64,000 bases of DNA from Schizochytrium sp. TIO01 (Eukaryota > Protista > Bigyra: Labyrinthulomycetes), in NCBI GenBank assembly GCA_004764695.1, contig SMSO01000035.1, forward strand, positions 3,856,040 to 3,920,039. The letters run 5' to 3'. A program made the translations under genes and the position numbers. Of this stretch, positions 59,993 through 64,000 are shown one piece after another (the stretch's first letter is position 1; each line of letters opens with the position of its first letter). Below the pieces are notes generated by a model that was not told where the DNA came from, searched no databases, and saw only the letters and a program-made list of their open reading frames with translations.

Positions 59993-62664
59993 TAGAGAAG
60001 GGTGTGGGACTACCCGACTGGTTTGGTGCATTTTATTCAGATGATGCAAAGCATCTTGAGAACGCAGTGCTGGAATACACACTCAGGTACCCAGGTGTTT
60101 ATCAAGTAAACAACGTTTTGCAGGTACTATCGTAGTGCTACTTCTTCTACCAGCTCGTCGTATGCCGTAAGCACCTACGAAGAGCGCGTGCTAACGACCA
60201 CCCTAACTTGGATTTTTTCTTACAGTACTGTCTTCGAAGCCGCATATATGGACATTTTTGCAGGTCGCGCAGTAGCACGTAAACCAAGCTGCAGAGATTG
60301 ATTTCTGTACATCGATCTCACTCTGGTGAGTGTTTCATTACATAACAACGTAGAGTGGCCATGCTACCTGATCCAAAGCTCCTCGAAGAAGTTGCTAAAG
60401 AAGAAACCGATGAAGATGAGGCAAAGCAAGAGGATCATGACGATGGCAGCACTGATAACATTGTGAAACTAAAGCAAGAAGATGTTGAGTCAAGTGAAGA
60501 GGGGAGTGAGGAATCAAAGCCTGAAGTGGCGCTGAGAAAACCGCTCGTTCTCGAGAAAATCGATTCGTCACCAGGATTTATCGACCAAGGAACAGCTGCT
60601 TCCACAACAGCTGCTTCGGCAGTTGCTTCTGCAGTCGCTTCTGCTGTGGCATATGTTGCAGATGAGATTGAACATGGAAATGAATTCTCGAATAGCAGAA
60701 TGAACCACAAAAGTCCGTATGCTCCCATACAACAAAATTCGAATGAGAATCTGGCAAATTTCCAAGGTTCACATGAAAATTCCCCTTCTGATTACACACC
60801 AGATGTGGTCTCTCCATTAAGTGAAGTTTCTGATTCAGATCCCTCGCTGCAAGTTGTGCCTCCACCAGCAGTAAATGAAGAGAATCATCCAAGCCCAAAC
60901 GAGGAGCTTTCAACCAATCCAGTATTATCTGCCGATGTAGTTGCTATCGAGGAAAGTGCAAAGAGGCCAACTGCTCAATACGGGGAAGTCAACTCGTCAC
61001 TTTCTGCTGGCGAAGAGCAAGCTTCCACAAATCTTGAAGTGGTGCCACCGCCAAGCCGGAGATCGAGTTTGCCTGCTTCTAAGGAAGGGAAGGTTATTGA
61101 TTTATTAGATTCCAGGAAAAGTTTACCGCCTGCTGTAAAAGAAGCTTTGGAAATTGCACGACGGAAAAGTGCGTCAGAGCATCGGCATACTGTTGCAGAG
61201 GCCAAACCTTCGCATGGAACATCACGCCATCCAGAGCCTCGACGAGCTGCCTCGTTGGCTCAACCAAATCAGTCGATAGCCACAGCTCATAGTCATATTA
61301 ATGATGATCAACAAGTGGGTATCAAAAACCTTCTGATCAACGATTCACACTCTCAGGCTAGTTCACAGAAAGAAAAACTATCTCCAGCTCGCCGTAATCA
61401 TCGTGGGAAAAGCGCGCATAAGAAGAGAGTCAAATCTCGAATCCATGTCGAGCATCCCGCCTATCAAACTGTGGACGAACCATTAACTCGTATGTCTGCT
61501 CTTAATAGTACGAAGCATCCTGGTCCAGCAGCAGGAGGTACCTCGACGCATCAGGAGGACATGCGGCATTCACAACACCGATTAGATTCGAGCAGTCAGC
61601 AATCGTTGCAAACCGCATCGCACAATCATACGTCTAACCGAGCTGGTGGACGCAGTGAGCCAAAGGCTGCTTTACCAGGTATGGCGGGAGCTGCACAAAG
61701 CCACAGCGGTCATCTTATGGAGCACCCAGATAAGTCCCCTCAAAGAAGCCATGCTGATAGAGAATACTCGGATAATCATCACCAATACCCTTCACAAACA
61801 CCTATGATTCACGGCGTCCCGGGCATACGTCCAATCGCTGGCCGCTCAAGCTCTTCACCAAGGAGTCCATTTTCATCTTCGCCGAGATCTGAAGGGGAAA
61901 TACAAAATAAACTCAACACAAAGCCCCTAGAATCTCCACCAGGTCTTGAATCGAATTCAAGTTTGGCTATGCCTAATGGAGATCCAATTTCTCCTGACGC
62001 GCGCGAAATTAAACGTTTAATTGTAGAGGAGGTAAAGAGGACAGTTCGATCGCAAATGAGCCAATACATTGCTCGCGAAACGAAGCGTGACGCTAATGAC
62101 GAAAGGAAAAAAGAAATCGAGGCGAAAAGTCATATTGTCTCAGAGCGTCAAGCATATGATAACCAGAGACTGCGGCAAGAAATAGAGTATCTACGTAAGC
62201 ACAATAAAGATCAAGAAAAAGAAATTCGGCGATTACAAAGTGTAAATACGGGTCTGACACGGGATATTAAAGTTATCGTAGAGGAGGAGAGGCGCATGGC
62301 CGCGATTGCAATTGCTGAGGCTAGAAGCGAATTGAAGCGCCAACTTCACCACGTAATGCACGATCATAAAGTCCAAGTGGAGGCATTGCAGAATCAACTT
62401 CGTATGCTTCAAGACCAACATTCGAATATCGAGATCACTGAGGAGAAAACCAATCAATCTGTAGGCCATACATCGCACCATTCTCAGCAAAATGATATAT
62501 CAAGTTCAGGATTTCGTTCCACAGGTAACGATAAACGCAAAACTCGACTCTTGCACCTCATAGACCGTGCAATTCAAAGTATGGATGATCTTGAGATCGC
62601 AGTACCAGTCGTGCATAACGGATCCTTATCTCCACTTTCACGGAAGCCCAAAAAGTCTCCGTGA
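59993..62664 (+). CDS. Unknown low-complexity protein with C-terminal coiled coil; main exon 60354-62664, probable upstream exons 59993-60123 and 60226-60263, true start unresolved
   Basis: 769-codon open frame. The upstream exons join in frame (..GVGLPDWFGAFYSDDAKHLENAVLEYTLRYPGVYQVNNVLQ|YCLRSRIYGHFCR|VAMLPDP) with CTAAC/CATAAC branch sites, but the 60264 donor GTCGCG is weak. Confidence 0.7.
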
Positions 62665-62966
62665 TACATCAGTGTTGTAGCTGATCAAATGTTCTACTAC
62701 ACTCCACAAATCTCAGCGGTTTATATTGTTCGGTGTTTGGGCACTTCAAGAAAAATCGAGAATACGGTTTTTATCACTATTATTATTATTTGTTTATTTA
62801 ACACTGAAAGTAACGAAAAAGGATCGGCCAAGGTCTCCAGGATACGAAATAGAGTCGCTATCTTCATAAAAATCGGAGTGGAAGGCGCAACACAACGTCA
62901 TTTGTATGACTTTAACGCAGGTTTCTCTAACAAAGATTGTTCTAATTGGTCACATTCTTTGAATGT

Positions 62967-64000
62967 TTAAGAGTTCTGCAGTGCCTGGAGCGCTCCAATG
63001 GAGGCACGCGTAAACATACGTTGCATGCGAGATTGGAACATGATGATCTCTTTGCCAACGAATTCCACTCGGCGGTCCACAAGCTCGTGAGCCCGAGCAA
63101 TAAAATTCATATGCTCAGGTGGCAAGCTTAAAAAGTAAGGCCGCTGCCTATAGTCTGGAAACTGTTGTTGTTGCTGCTCAACCGTCAGTGTTTGAATGGG
63201 AGGCTTAGGATGAAAGGCTTGTTGAGAAACCTGGCCATGGTGGTTGTAGACTTGTTGTTGCTGTTGTTGAAAGCCCTGCTGACCTTGCTGGTTGGCGTAC
63301 GGAGATTGTTTCTTATCTCTCCAGGACCCCTGATGGCCGCCACCATACTCCATAGCCCCATTGCTTCCATTGTTGGTAAGTGCAGGGTTCGCATTGATGC
63401 CATTGCTGTTATTGTTGTTGTTCACACCCCACGGGCGTCTCTCTTCGTGTCGCGAGCGCTTGATACGACGTACACTATGGTCTGTGTACTGGGAGTCAGT
63501 GTGGGAAACAACACTAGACTGGCGATGCAGAGATCCTCGTTCTCTTGTGCGAGAGTTTCCGCGATCATCATCGAGGGTACGACTACTGCGGCGATCACGG
63601 CCCCGATCGTGGTCTTTGGAATGATCTCTGTCACGATCACGGTCACGGTCTCTGTCGCGTGATGTGTAATCCCGCTCTCGCTTATGGTCTCGGGAGAGAT
63701 CACGGTCCCGTCGGCGTTCTGAGTCCCTCGAGGAGTAGTGCCGGTCCTTACTGCGATCCCTGCTCGATCCACGAGTTCGGTCTCTATCCCTAGATGAGCG
63801 TCGCCGATGGTGATCTCTATCTCTAGATCTCATGCTGGCATCATCATCCTTTTGTTCACCTGGACTCTTGTTTTCACGCGTAACTAAAGAATCAGTTTTA
63901 ACATCAGCCTTAATGTCAGTGTCGGCATCAGCTTTGGGTTGATCCTTGGAATCGATCTTAGGATCCACCTTTGCGTCAGCATCCTCGGATTCACGAGTTG
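62967..64000 (-). CDS. 3' part of an RD/RS-rich, Q/N-rich protein (5' end outside the window)
   Basis: Frame stays open to the window edge (..TRESEDADAKVDPK..); RDRDRD repeats, poly-N/poly-Q tracts and a helical C-terminus. Composition suggests a nuclear RNA-processing protein. Confidence 0.75.
   Translation of the reverse strand, partial: TRESEDADAKVDPKIDSKDQPKADADTDIKADVKTDSLVTRENKSPGEQKDDDASMRSRDRDHHRRRSSRDRDRTRGSSRDRSKDRHYSSRDSERRRDRDLSRDHKRERDYTSRDRDRDRDRDRDHSKDHDRGRDRRSSRTLDDDRGNSRTRERGSLHRQSSVVSHTDSQYTDHSVRRIKRSRHEERRPWGVNNNNNSNGINANPALTNNGSNGAMEYGGGHQGSWRDKKQSPYANQQGQQGFQQQQQQVYNHHGQVSQQAFHPKPPIQTLTVEQQQQQFPDYRQRPYFLSLPPEHMNFIARAHELVDRRVEFVGKEIIMFQSRMQRMFTRASIGALQALQNS

Overview
Eukaryotic, intron-poor genomic DNA. 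Gene content (meckelin, hybrid histidine kinases), CTAAC-branchpoint introns and abundant (GAAT)n/(TAAY)n/(TTCAA)n microsatellites suggest a thraustochytrid/labyrinthulomycete protist such as Aurantiochytrium; this is inference, not a database result. About 14 protein genes: two tandem membrane hybrid histidine kinases, PTS2 peroxisomal thiolase, adenylosuccinate lyase, a DENN-ENTH-polyproline protein, meckelin/TMEM67, a MED30-like subunit, a spliced DUF4460/TCAIM-like HPD protein, a coiled-coil/PH protein, a DUSP-MYND-USP deubiquitinase, a spliced Rtt106-like histone chaperone, an EF-hand-like repeat protein and two low-complexity unknowns. Best leads: (1) an unannotated ~400-nt structured element on the minus strand at ~12.42-12.81 kb, whose G-U pairs mostly favour one strand and which carries a CUAACCU motif behind a boundary-like helix (telomerase RNA hypothesis); (2) the kinase pair, sharing an unrecognised His/Cys-containing membrane sensor and an atypical H-box; (3) the DENN-ENTH fusion; (4) the non-fungal Rtt106-like gene. 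A ~14 kb stretch (32.3-46.0 kb) has no convincing gene.
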